Source: Mobula hypostoma (lineage: Eukaryota). Taken from it: DNA of 64,000 nucleotides. The DNA is taken from the NCBI RefSeq assembly GCF_963921235.1, contig NC_086108.1, forward strand, positions 85,066,001 to 85,130,000, given 5' to 3'. The notes beneath the pieces were generated by a model. The model saw only the letters and a program-made list of their open reading frames with translations, made no database searches and was not told the origin of the DNA. Positions 25,200 through 36,990 of this stretch are shown piece after piece. The first letter of the stretch is position 1, and the number at the start of each line of letters is the position of its first letter. The position numbers were made by a program, and so were the translations under genes.

Positions 25200-26060
25200 C
25201 AAAAGATGGTTTGGCTCAAAACCACTGCCCTGTAAGACTCTTGCAATGATGCCCAGAGGCTAGCTTGAAATGCATTCAACAACCATCTTCTTTTGCACAA
25301 CGTACAACCCCAACCACTGGGGTGCTTTCCCCGATGCCATTTTATTCCAGTTGTACCAAGGTTTTTTGATGTCACAGTCAAATGTACCTTAAAATCATTT
25401 CTTTGCTCTACGTTTAGACCAATGCTACAATGAGACCTGGAACAGAGTAATCCTGGCAAAGCCAAGGCTTCCATCTTTTCATCAATAACTAAGGATGGAC
25501 AGATTAGGAAGCTAAATTGCATTAGTCCTTTCCTGGACAGGACATATCTGAACATCTTCCACATAGCAGATGGTAGATCAGAGTACAATGGAAGTATATT
25601 CAAGATCAAACACTTTTCTGCATCCCTCTCTGCATCTCTCCAATAAAAGAATGGATTGTTCAAACTTGCATCCTGCCAATATTTTTCAATGGAAGTAAAA
25701 CCTGGTTGCCACTTCCTAGGTTGGAATCATGCAAAAGGAATAGGAACCAAATGTGAACAAAGATTAAAAGTTTGCTGACAAGCACTTTTTGATTACTCTG
25801 TCCATCTCAAAGACAAAGTTCCCATACCTTAGACAACAAAGAGTAAAACAAGAGGTCAGGAAGGACGACAAGCTGCCCCAGAATTGAACAAGATACTGGA
25901 TTACATTAAGTAATCTACGGTAGCTTTCATCTAATAACAATGATTCAAACTAATCCATACAAAGAACCCACACATGAACAATGGAACAAACCATTCCTGA
26001 AAGAAGTAGATCCAAAATATAGCAACTTTAAAAATAGAAGTTTATCAGCACCTTAAGAGG
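25200..26060 (+). mobile_element. Very old RTE-clade RT remnant
   Basis: TGCATCCTGCCAATATTTTTCAATGGAAGTAAAACCTGG = CILPIFFNGSKTW, resembling the RTE motif CVLPVLLYGSETW. Boundaries uncertain. Confidence 0.4.
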
Positions 26061-27075
26061 GTGGAAAACTTTACACTGAAGACCTTTTAGCAGCATGCTA
26101 ATTAGTTTCTCTTTCCACAGATGCTGCTTGACTGAGTTCTTCAAGCATTTCTGATTCCAGCAACTGTAATTTTATTGGTTTCCAAGCTGTGACTGAGCTG
26201 GAATGCCAGCAGAGAAAGTACTGAAATGATTAAGTCAAAAGATTGCACTAGTAATGAAGGATACAGTGGTCTTGGCAGAAGATGAGCTGAAGTAGCAGCA
26301 GAGACAAAAGATGATTTATAAATGGAAGCAATCAATCAATGAGATAGGAGATAAAGAAGATACCAGGGTCACAAACTCAACCAGTGGTTAACTAACTTGA
26401 ACTGAGGCCTAACAATTTTACTGAACTAGAGACCAAAGCCAAGAGAGATAGAAAAAAGGGAAGGATATGATTTCAAATTTCCCAGTATTATATTGACAAT
26501 AAATATTAACGATACCCATAACACAAGGGAGAACTTAATCCTAGGCAACCTTTTGGCTGATACATTGTGCAACAAGTCCATAAAGATCACAAAACACAAA
26601 TCAGATACACAGGAAAGCACCAAAATAAATAATAAAGGAATTGAGGTGTGTGGATAAAGACTCAATTGCAAGAAAGCAGTTGGCTTTTCAGCTGATCAAG
26701 TCTAGAATAGTTTGCTGTAATCAAGTTTGAATCCAAAACTCACAGTATGCAATACCTGTATTAAAATGCACCACTACTGATGTTTACCCAGCTTCAAGAA
26801 CACATGAGTAACACTGAGGAAATATTGAATGAATTAAAAAATTTGACTTCTGTGGAACTTAAGAACTACCATCTGCAAAATTCAAATTGTTTTAGTTAGC
26901 GAGTACTAAACTTTTGTTAAGAAATTCACTAGTGACGTAGTATATTAAGATCATAGATCTTCGGGCTTTAACCAAGAAGCATCTCAGTTGGGTGGGGGAG
27001 AAAGGTGAAGGAAAGGGGAGTGGGAGGAAGAGCATGGCACCTACATCAGAACAAAAGAGACATAATCTCCTCCTC

Positions 27076-27212
27076 ACAACACGCTGGAGGAGCTCAGCAG
27101 GTCGGGCAACATCCATGGAAACGATCAGTCAACGTTTCGGCCGGAACCCTTCATCAGAACTGAAGAGGGAAGGGACAGAGGCCCTATAAAGAAGGTGGGG
27201 GTAGGGTGGGAA
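27076..27212 (-). mobile_element. Young 137-bp Penelope-like terminal fragment with 12-bp TSD
   Basis: Perfect direct repeat AATCTCCTCCTC at 27064-27075 and 27213-27224. Body matches the family at 3400 and 41250. CpGs retained. Confidence 0.85.
27126..27162 (-). ncRNA. Minimal type-I hammerhead ribozyme motif (Penelope-associated)
   Basis: Minus-strand RNA: CAGUU-CUGAUGA-AG-GGU[UCCG]GCC-GAAAC-GUU-GACUG. Stem I, both catalytic boxes, stem II and an NUH triplet are present. Stem III is loop-less and palindromic (AACGUU). Confidence 0.72.
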
Positions 27213-29574
27213 AATCTCCTCCTCCTCCAGTAAACAATACCATTCTCTTAGAATCACAATATCGAAGTTGAGAGCACAGTAATCTGTACGGCTAACTGTA
27301 TGTCACCTTTCACCAGGTCATTGGGGGGGGAGGGGGGAGAGGTAGACATTATCAACAGGACTAGTAAAGGATTAGAAAATTTGAAAAATAATATTCAAGA
27401 AAATGGAAATCCTGAGATATCATCCCTCTTTCAAGCAATTTTTATTGAAGAACTGATCAATTGCTGTACTTGGCAACCTTGATAGAAGTCAAACATAATT
27501 GCAATGAGTTGAGAACAAGATGGCTCCTACAGTAAAAAGTCCACTGCAGAAAATCAGCTTCAAAAATCAATACTTAATGCTCCAAAATGTTTAATTGATA
27601 GATAAAAAGTAATTCAAGAAAATTTTCATACAGCTTTCAATACAATTATGGAGCCTTAACATACGACAGAAGTACGATGTTGATCCATCTATACGCAGCA
27701 TATATTTGACAAGTATATAAATAAAGACAGTATGTCTGTATTTGAATAAGTACCAAAAATGAAATTAAACTGCAGAATGAGAGTGGCTGCATATTCAGCA
27801 AATATTCTTATATACTAGTTGATCATTCTCATAAAGAGTTATGTCAGAATTCATAACCAAAGTAGAATCGTATTGCATAGTATAACCAGGCTGCTCAGTG
27901 TTGATGGACAGAACACAATGCTTTCGTGTTAACCATTCCCGATTACCTTAAACACTTGAATAAATGTGAACGACAGAACACACCAAAGACTTCAACACAT
28001 TAATTAATCGCTGACTTAATTACTTTCTTAGAAGTAACCGGAAGTCGTCTTAATCTAAAAACACAAATCATTTACCAAAACCAACGTGCATTCTCAAAAC
28101 AAACCAACCCGTCTTTAGACACTCTTCGCGACTGTTTTTAAATAGGCATAGTTTAACCTTTGGAAGACGGGATAAATCTTTGGTAAAGGCTCAAATCTCC
28201 GAATAAGGAGCGTCTCCAAACGATCAGATACATTGATTCAGGATTGCACAACCTCGCGGATCAAGTTCACTCGCTCTCTTAGGTCTCTACGGAGAAACCG
28301 ACGCCACCATTTGAAACAGACTCGCAATTCAACGGGGAAAGAGAAAAAGAACAAGAACACCAAGCTCTGAACAAATCTAAACATGAAATCAGAATAAGGA
28401 AACCTCCGTTCGCATTTTATAAGGGAAATGGGGAAAGATGCGTTTAAATGCTCACTTAGCTTCAAAATCTTGAATCAATTCCAATTTTAATACAAAATTT
28501 AAAAACCCTCACCCCAAAAAGTCTTCACACTTCGTAAGGCGACACGTCTTTTAAATTGTATTTTAAAGCCCAAGAAGCTCGCTTTTCAAATCTTTGCCTA
28601 TGTTATTTAAAAATAACATGAGATTCTACAATCCTCATCATCCAGAGCTCCAAAGGAAGAATAGGTATTGCCAGTCGGTGAAAGAAAATTATACTCGCTG
28701 CAGTTTTTCTCGATTCCAAATGCTGTTAGTTTTATTTCAACATTCTTTTCAAATATATCTTTCGTCGAAGCCACTTAATTACTACAGAACGGAAAGCCAG
28801 CCAGGTCCTTTTGAATTTTTTTAAAAAAACATCAATGGCATACTTTTCATCCCGATAAACAATCCAGAGTCCCGAGAAACGATGTTGTACTACTTTGGTG
28901 TCGGAAGCCAATGCTTCAACAATAAAAATCAAAAATGATCCGATCGCTCTTAGTCAACGCGATTACAAGAGCGAAAAAAATGCCAAAACGATGCATACCC
29001 ACTTGCTTAACATGAGAATAGAGTTAAAGACAAAAAAAAATTCAAAAGATCGTCTCCAGTTTCGATCTTCATTCTAATACAATCCAAATCAAGCCAGCAA
29101 AAAGACTCTCAGTCTCAACACACCCGCAGGTAAAATTCGTTATTTTGAAACAGTACCGATTGCTGGGACTCCCTTTGTTTTTCCAATTTAAGTTTACCAA
29201 ATTTTCCATCGCCGTCTCGATTCTCTCGCTTTCAACAGGCGGCGGAGTTTTGGCAATTTCTTCATTGTTGAAAGAAAGAAAAATAAAACAAACCAAGGCC
29301 AAATCTACTTGATGACCATTCTGCGATGGATACTGCACATCTAAAGTAAAATAAATCAGTTTCCCACAATAGACTGTTTATATTTTTGAAAAAAGGGATA
29401 AAAGCACACATTTCAACAGGCTGCAGCAATCGAGCCGAGGACAAAAACGAAAGCCCGGCTTCACCTGAGGGTTTGCGGATTCAACAACAAAAAAAATTCA
29501 CGAAACTCAAGTCAAACTCCAGCATTTTTTTTTAGAAATTGCCCTTCTTCGAGTTTCCGTGTTTGTGTACTCAC

Positions 29575-29613
29575 CGCGCACGGCCGCCTCAAGTCTCCCC
29601 CAGCTCGGCTCAT
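29575..29613 (-). CDS. Candidate first coding segment or uORF start, MSRAGGDLRRPCA (phase-0 donor)
   Basis: ATT-ATG (A at -3) opens 13 codons that run exactly into the GTGAGT donor. Peptide not recognised. Confidence 0.4.
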
Positions 29614-29950
29614 AATGTCCAGCTGCCCGGCTCACGATGCCCGTAACTCCGAGCCAGGGCACACGGGCACCGGCTCCCTCTCACCTCTCGAACCGCGCCC
29701 AAAAATTAAAACTCTCCTTGGCTCACAAGTTTATTTGCTTTATTTTCTACGTGTACGTATGTGTGTGTGTGTTTTCTCCCCTTCGTTCGCAAGCACACAC
29801 AATCCGCGCGGACACAATCTCGCCAGCCGCGTCTCTTTTACTCCGGAGCGCTACTTAACACACTTTCCACGGACACCAAGCCAAACCGTCGCCTGCCGCT
29901 CGCCGACTCCCTCCGAGTACCTTCGGCAAACTTCGGCAATGCCCGCTCTA
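29575..29950 (-). other. Probable first exon of an unidentified minus-strand gene (5' end approximate)
   Basis: Consensus donor GCG|GTGAGT (intron starts at 29574) at the edge of the GC-rich core. Promoter motifs lie immediately upstream at 29950-30010. Confidence 0.6.
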
Positions 29951-30010
29951 TGGCGTCATCGGAACCGAACGCACTCGCAGGTTGACGATTGGGAGGGCGG
30001 GGGTGGGGTG
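29950..30010. promoter_or_regulatory. TATA-less core promoter motif cluster
   Basis: ATGGCG (YY1-like core, 29950-55), CRE half-sites CGTCA (29954-58) and TGACG (29983-87), CCAAT box on minus strand (ATTGG 29988-92), GC box GGGCGG (29995-30000) followed by GGGTGGGG. Confidence 0.65.
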
Positions 30011-30509
30011 GTACGAAGCAGCAGAGAGAGGTTTCCAGCCAAAGTACAGAAGGGGAATGTCGTGCACCGCCTTCTATCAACAATGCAGCTACTGTGACAG
30101 ATCCCGCCAGCAAGACCTCGGGAACACGCGTAGACGGAAGATTCTGAAAGCGTAATTCGATGGAAGTGGAAGCCTCCCTTGTTGGATTTGTGCAAGCTTT
30201 AAATAGTCTATGAACCGATGAGTACAGAAAGCACCCCAGACGTGGAAGCATTGTGAATTGTGCTGCAGTTTTAATCGGTGCTTGCGGGATTATAAAACGT
30301 TTTTACGCAGTTCAGTTGTTTTCTTTTCAATACTTGTAATATGAAAACATGTTATCACGAGTAAAAGGTTGCAAAGAGTAAAATATGAAGTTAAACTGGA
30401 AAATCTAGCAAACAAGAATATGATTTATTTTCACTACATACACGATCGGGAAAAGAAACTAAAGTGGTTAAATTACAGGTGGTATCTGCGGAAATTACTA
30501 AGACATTGT

Positions 30510-31400
30510 AATAAACTTTCTGCCAATGTAGCCAGAGTAAAAACCCGGAGGATTAGAGGGAAAGTGACAGAGGCAAAGGGTGAAGTTTGATCAATGTTTT
30601 GGTGTCTGGAGGCCATTACCAATGGGTTCCATAGACCTCGGTAATCGTTCCCTTTGATATTTTTGACTCAAAGTTAGGGGCATGATATAGAAGTTTGCAG
30701 CTGATATAAAAAGCGACTTTGAGTTCAGCAGTGAGAAGGAAAGCTTTAGATTTCAGAAAAGTGGGTCTGGTCAGTTGGGCAGAAAAGTGGGAAATGGAAT
30801 TTAATTCTTAGGAATGTGAGGTAATTCCTGGGTAGAGCTACAACTTCTGAAGGGAATATAAAGTGGACAGTGAACTGGAGTGCATGGCAGAAATCTTTAA
30901 ATGTAGAAGGATAAGTCAATCCAGTAATTTGAAAGGGCGTTTGTTTATTGCCTGAGGCATAAAATATAGCAAAAAGATTGGGCTAAAACTGCACCCCACA
31001 CTGTTTGGCCCACTGCACTGCAAAGTATTGTGGTCTCCAGAAAGATAAGATTATGCCAAAACTGGTGCAATGGAAGTAAGTGACGTTGCCAAGACTGGAA
31101 ATCTTGGCTGTCAGAAAGGAAGGAATGCTGCAGGTGCACTCTGCGGAGCGCAGAAGCTGAGAAGTGAAGGAACTGAGGCAGGGTGACTAGGAAGGGACTT
31201 TTATTCTTAGCAGAGAAATCAACAACCATAATTGGAAGAAACCTGAGACAGGAGATGAGGATTTTTTTTCCATCCAGAGGATGGAGTAAAACTCAAGAGA
31301 AAACTTCTTTACAAATTTTAAAAGTACCCCAAGAGCAATGAATTGCAGGAGGATGGACCTATTGCTGGGAGACTGTGTAGATCTTTTTAACTGGCACAAA
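30510..31400 (+). mobile_element. Old degenerate CR1 (RT to 3'UTR); last bases resume at 35278-35315
   Basis: AAGTTTGCAGCTGAT (~KFADD), TGGGCAGAAAAGTGGGAAATGGAATTTAAT (WAEKWEMEFN). The 3'UTR GGCACAAACAT|GATGGACCAAG is split by the younger CR1. Confidence 0.75.
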
Positions 31401-34400
31401 CATAAGACCATAAAATATAGGAGCAGAAGTAGGCCATTCGGCCTATCGAGTCTGCTCTGCCATTCAATCATGGGTTGATCCAATTCTTCCAGTTATCCCC
31501 ACTCCCCTGCCTTCACCCCATACCCTTTGATGCCCTGGCTAATCAAGAACAGATCTATCCCTGCCTTAAATACACGCAATGACTTGGTCTCCACAGCCGC
31601 TCGTGGCAACAAATTCCACAGATTTACCACCCTCTGACTAAAGTAATTTTTCTGCATCTCAGTTCTAAATGGACATCGTTCAATCCTGAAGTCACGCCCT
31701 CTTGTCCTAGAATCCCCTACCATGGAAAATAACTTTGCCACATTGAATCTGTTCAAGCCTTTTAACATTTGGAATGTTTCGATGAGATCCCGCCTCATTC
31801 TCCTGAACTCCAGGGAATACAGCCCAAGAGCTGCAAGACGTTCCTCATACGGTAACCCATCCATTCCTGGAATCGTTCTTGTGAATCTTCTCTGAACCCT
31901 CTCCAATGTCAGTATATTCTTTCTAAAATAAGGAGCCCAAAAATGCACACAATACTCCAGTGTGGTCTCATGAGTGCCTTATAAAGCCTTGACATCATAT
32001 CCCTGCTCTTATATTCTATACCCCTAGAAATGAATGCCAACATTGCATTCACTTTCTTCACAACTGACTCAACCTGGAGGTTAACCTTTAGGGTATCCTG
32101 CACAAGGACTCCCAAGTCCCTTTGAGCTTCTGCATTTTGAATTCACTCCCCATCTAAATAATAGTCTGCCCATTCATTTCTTCCACCTAAGTGCATGACC
32201 ATACACTTTCCAACATTGTATTTCATTTGCCACTTCTTTGCTCATTCCCCTAAACTATCTAAGTCTCTCTGCATGCTATCTGTTTCCTCAACACTACCCG
32301 CTCCTCCACCTGTCTTTGTATCATCGGCAAATTTAGCCACAAATCCATTAATACCGTAGTCCATTGACATACATCTTAAAAAGCAGCGGTCCCTACACCA
32401 ACCCCTGTGGAACTCCACTGGTAAGCAGCAGCCAGCCAGAATAAGATCCCTTTATTCCCACTCTCTGTTTTCTACTGACCAGCCAATGCTCCACCCATGC
32501 ATGCTAGTAACTTCCCAGTAATACCATGGGCTCTAATCTTGCTAAACAGCCTCATGTGCGGCACCTTGTCAAAGGTCTTCTGAAAATCCAAGTACACCAC
32601 ATCTACTGCATCTCCTTGCTTGTAATTTCCTCAAAGAATTGCAGTACGTTTGTCAGGCAGGATTTTCCTTTCAAGAAACCATGTTGGCTTTTGCCTATCT
32701 TTTCATGTTCCTCTAGGTCCTCTGTAATCTCATCCCTAACAACCGATTCCAACAACTCCCCAACCGCTGATGTCAGGCTACAGGTCTATAGTTTCCTTTC
32801 TGCTACCTCCCACCCGTCTTAAATAGCGAGGTAACATTTGTAATTTTCTAGTCATCCGATACAATGCCAGAATCTATCGATTCTTGAAAGATCATCGTTA
32901 ATGCCTCCGCAATCTCTCCAGCTACTTCGTTCAGAACTCAGGGGCACATTCCATCAGGTCCAAGAGATTTATCCACCCTCAGACCATTAAGCTTCCTGAG
33001 CGCCTTCTCATTCATAATTTTCACTGCACATACTTCACTTCTCTGACACTCTTGAATGTCCGGTATACTGCAGACGTCTTCCACTGTGAAGACTGATGCA
33101 AAATACGCATTCAGTTCCTCTGCCATCTCTGCGTCTCTCATTACTATAGCTCCAGCGTCATTTTATATTGGTCCTATATCTACCCCCAACTCTCTTTTAC
33201 CCTTTATATAATTAAAAAAGCTTTTAGTATCTACTTGGATATTGGGCACCATCTTTTCCTTCCTAATGACCTTCTTAGTTTCTTTCCGCAATCCTCTATC
33301 TTCCCACTAGCTCTGGCTTCCTTGTATGCCTTCTCTTTTACTTTTACTTTGGCTCTGACTTCACTTGTCAGCCACAGTAGTGTCCTTCTTCCCTTTGAAA
33401 CTTTCTTCTTATTTAGAATATATCTGTCTTGCACTCTTCTCATTTTTTGCAGAAACTCGAGTCATTGCTGCTCTGCTGTCCTTCCTGCAAATGTCCTTTT
33501 CCAGTCAACTTCGACCAGTTCCCCTCTCATGCCATTGTAATTTCCTTTATTCCACTGAAATACTGACACATTGCATTTTATTTTTTTCCCTCTCAAATTT
33601 CAATGTGAACTCGAAAGGAGGAGGAGAAGATGGCGGCGCGACACAGCTTGCAGTGGCCACTCCGGTGATGAATATCTGTTATCTGTCAAGTAGGGTGCCG
33701 TGCACAATCCTGATTTGATGGAGATAGACGTGGGAGCATGGAGGAACATCTGGTGAAACTTCTGAAATGCCTGTTTCGCTGCCGCTGCTACTGTGTGATC
33801 CAGAATCTCCGGAGGGGAAGGCCCCGAGTCCTCGGCTTTGCTTGTCACTCAGCGGCCGGGGCGGAGTCGAAGCGCTTGGCAGAGATGGTGCTCAGTGCTC
33901 AGTGTCGGAGGCTCGAAGTTTTCGGACGGACTCAGAGTCGGCTGCGGTCGGGTCCTTCCAATGCATTGGCAAGTTTGCGGTGCTGGGGGGTTCATGGCAG
34001 GAAGAGTTTCTCCCTTCTACCATCTGCGTGAGATGATGGGACTATCGGGACTTGAGACTTTTTTTTAACCGTGCCCATGGTCTGCTCTTTATCAAATTAC
34101 GGTATTGCTTTGCACTGTTGTAACTATATGTTATAATTATGTGGTTTTGTCAGTTTTAGTCTTGGTTTGTCCTGTGTTTCTGTGATATCTTTCTGGAGGA
34201 ATGTTGTATCATTTTTAATGCATGCATTTCTAAATGACAATAAACAAGGACTGAGTGTCCTCATAATCTAATCATATTGTGATCACTGTTCCCCAAGTGT
34301 TCCTTAACCTTAAGCTCTCTTATCACCTCTGAATCATTGCACAACACCCAATCCAACACAGCCGAACCCCTAGTGGGCTCAACAACAAGCTGTCCTAAAA

Positions 34401-35277
34401 AGCCCCCTTAGACATTCTACAAGTTCTCTCTCGAGGTCCAGTACTGACCTGGTTTTCTCAATCCACTTTCATGTTAAAATCCCCAACAATTATCATGACA
34501 TTGCCTTTCTGACATGTCTTTTCTATCTCCTGCTGTAATTTGTAATCCACATCCCGGCTGCTGTTTGGAGGCCTGTATACAACTGCCATTAGGGTCCTTT
34601 TACCCTTCCCATTTCTTAATTCAAATAATAAAGACTCTACACCTTCCAATCCTATGTCCTTTCTAATAATTTAATATTATTTCTTATACACAGAGCCACA
34701 CCACCCCCTCTGCCTACTAACCTAACATTCCGATACAACGTATATCCTTGGATGTTCAACTCCCAATGGCACCCATCCTTTAGCCAAGTTTCAGAGATGG
34801 CCACAACATAATATTTGCCAATCTTAGATAAATTTCAAGATTGTCCATTTTATTCCTTATGCTGCATGCATTCAAACATAACACTTTCAATCCAGTATTT
34901 GTTGCTTTCTGTTTTAACTGCAGCACTCCTCTATTGGCCTGTAACTCATGCCACTGGCTATGATTAAACCTCGCCTCCTGCCTATTCTTTCTATAATCAC
35001 TGTTGCATGCTATCTTTGATTTATTTCTGTTTTCCCCTTCCTCAACCCCATCATTCCGGTTCCCATCCCCCTACCAAATTAGTTTAAACCCTCCCTAACA
35101 GCTCTATTAAATGTGCCCGCCAGGATATTGGACCCCTTTGGGTTCAGGGGTAACCTGTCCTTTTAGTACAGGTCATACCTCCCCCAGAAGCCCAGATGAT
35201 CCAGGAATCTGAAGCCCTGCCCCCTACACCAGTCTCTCAGCCACACATTAATATGCCTGATCATGCTATTCTTGCAT
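31401..35277 (-). mobile_element. Long CR1 LINE: end of ORF1 (esterase-like), APE, RT, 3' tail; frameshifted
   Basis: ORF1 end VWLRDWCRGQGFRFLDH...AVREGLN* (about 35080-35275). APE VYRPPNS...VGDFN (34458-34649). MAEELNAYFASVFT, and RT C-terminus (31493-32115). Tail CATAAGACCATAA. Confidence 0.95.
33615..34271 (+). mobile_element. Non-coding CpG-rich retroposon, copy 1 (YY1-motif head, (TAATC)n tail), inserted in CR1
   Basis: Collinear with 41452-42146 from AAAGGAGGA...AAGATGGCGGC to AATAAAC...TAATCTAATC. The host CR1 sequence rejoins across it. Confidence 0.9.
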
Positions 35278-35429
35278 GATGGACCAAGTGTTCCTCTGTG
35301 CTAAATCTTTCACTGATTCTCTACTCTGCTCTTTCACCTTTCAGTTTCTTTCTGTCATTTCCAGTAATTTCTAGTCCATCCACTCTTTTTCAGACACAAC
35401 ATATAAAAAGGGAATGACAATAAACGATT

Positions 35430-35715
35430 CCCTACTTCAGAGTTCTTTCTATGCTGGTCATCTCACCACCCCACTGTCAGCCTTCAACGTGAAATATTGC
35501 CAATTTCTTCCTACTGATGCTGCCTGATCCACTAAGTTCGTCTAGCAGATATGCGTTGCACCTTCTTGGGTGTTCCTTTTTGTTCTCTTCGCCCATCTGC
35601 ATCAAAAAACTGTTACCACTTCCGATGAAAGGTTGCCAGCCTTCTGGAGTATCGCAAGTTTCTTTCACCACAGATGCTGCTGAGTATTTCCAACATTTTC
35701 TTTGAATATTTCATT
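35430..35715 (+). mobile_element. Two tandem degenerate Penelope-type terminal repeats
   Basis: GATGCTGCCTGATCCACTAAGTTC and CACAGATGCTGCTGAGTATTTCCAACATTTTC; decayed CCGATGAAAGG core. Confidence 0.55.
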
Positions 35716-35856
35716 ATCTCTGAATCCATCCTGGTTAAGTGGTCACCAGTATTATTGCATTAGTTCGTTGTATCCATTTGGACAAGGAGTCCATTGTATT
35801 TCTGTCACTTTCTGAGCTATTTTGTTCATAAATATGCCACTTAGCAACAAGATGTA

Positions 35857-36342
35857 CACACAATGGCCACTTTATTAGGTATCTCCTGTACCTAATAAAG
35901 TGGACACTGAGTATATGTTTGTGGTCTTCTGCACTTCAAGATTCAACGTGTTGAGCATTTAGAGATGCTCTTCGCTCTACCACTGTTGTAACTCATGGTT
36001 ATTTGAGTTACTGTCACCTTCCTGTCAGCTTGAATCAGTCTGGCTATTCTTCTCTGACCTCTCTCATTAACAAGGCTTTTTCACCCACGGAACCTATGCT
36101 CACTGGATAATATTTCTGTTTTCCACATCATTCTCTGTAAACTCTAAAGACTGTTGTGCATAAAAATCTCAGGAGCCAGCAGTTTCTGAGATACTAAAAT
36201 GACCCCATCTTCCCTTTTCTGATGTTTAGCCTAAATAGCAAATTAATCTCTTGACAATGCCTGCAAGCTTTTATGCGTTGAATTGCTATCACACGTTTGA
36301 CTGATGAAGTAGTTGCGTATCTATTAAAGTGGCCACTGAGTG
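35857..36342 (-). mobile_element. Tc1-like non-autonomous DNA transposon with three TIR copies
   Basis: TA|CACACAATGGCCACTTTATTAGGTA ... TAAAGTGGCCACTGAGTG|TA. Extra inverted TIR at 35889-35913. Internal transposase-derived sequence is on the minus strand. Confidence 0.85.
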
Positions 36343-36464
36343 TATTTTTTATTGTTATACAATATTTTGAAACTCTCCACAGGTAAGAATAAGCTTAAAC
36401 CAAACAAAAGAATAATCCAATAAGTAGATTTTGATGGGATTACAGAAGTAATGAGCGCAGCATC

Positions 36465-36990
36465 ACTATCTGGTATGGAGGGGAGGGGCTCCTGCACAGG
36501 TTTGAAAGCAGCTGCAGAGGATTGTAAATTTAGTCAGCTCCATCTTGGGTACTAGCCTACAAAGTACCCAGGACACCTTCAAGGAGCGGTGTCTCAGAAA
36601 GGCAGCGTCCATTATTAAGGACCTCCAGCACCCAGGGCATGCCCTTTTCTCATTGTTACCATCAGGTAGGAGGTACAGAGGCTTGAAGGCAAACACTCAG
36701 TGATTCAGGAACAATTTCTTCCCCTCTGCCATCCGATTCCTAAATGGACATTGAACCCTTGGACACTACCTCACTTTTTTATTATATAGTATTTCTGTTT
36801 TTTGCACAATTTTTAATCTATTCAATATACATATATTGTCATTTATTTATTTATTTGTTTGTTTGTTTGTTTATTATTATTGTATTATTATTCTATGTTG
36901 TTTTTTCCTTCTAGATTATGTATTACATTGTACTGTTGCTGCTAAGTTAACGTCATGTGGCAGTGATAATAAACCTGATTCTGATTCTGA
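36465..36990 (+). mobile_element. Rex1/Babar-type 3' fragment with (ATTCTG)n tail
   Basis: ITIWYGG...ASIIKDLQHPGHALFSLLPSGRRYR in the + frame. Ends AATAAACCTGATTCTGATTCTGA. Internal (ATTT/GTTT)n at about 36840-36890. Confidence 0.88.

Larger units (their letters stand above)
27900..30400. promoter_or_regulatory. CpG island / non-methylated promoter region
   Basis: CG dinucleotides are dense against a CpG-depleted background, with a GC-rich core at about 29430-30260. No recognisable TE between about 27230 and 30500. Confidence 0.9.

Noticed and set aside
25166..25663. 165-aa minus-strand ORF as a host exon
   Set aside because: No recognisable domain or convincing splice sites; the opposite strand carries a decayed RTE-like motif.
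29615..30251. Overlapping 70-160-aa ORFs in the CpG island
   Set aside because: Expected by chance in GC-rich DNA with few stops; present on both strands; no recognisable protein.
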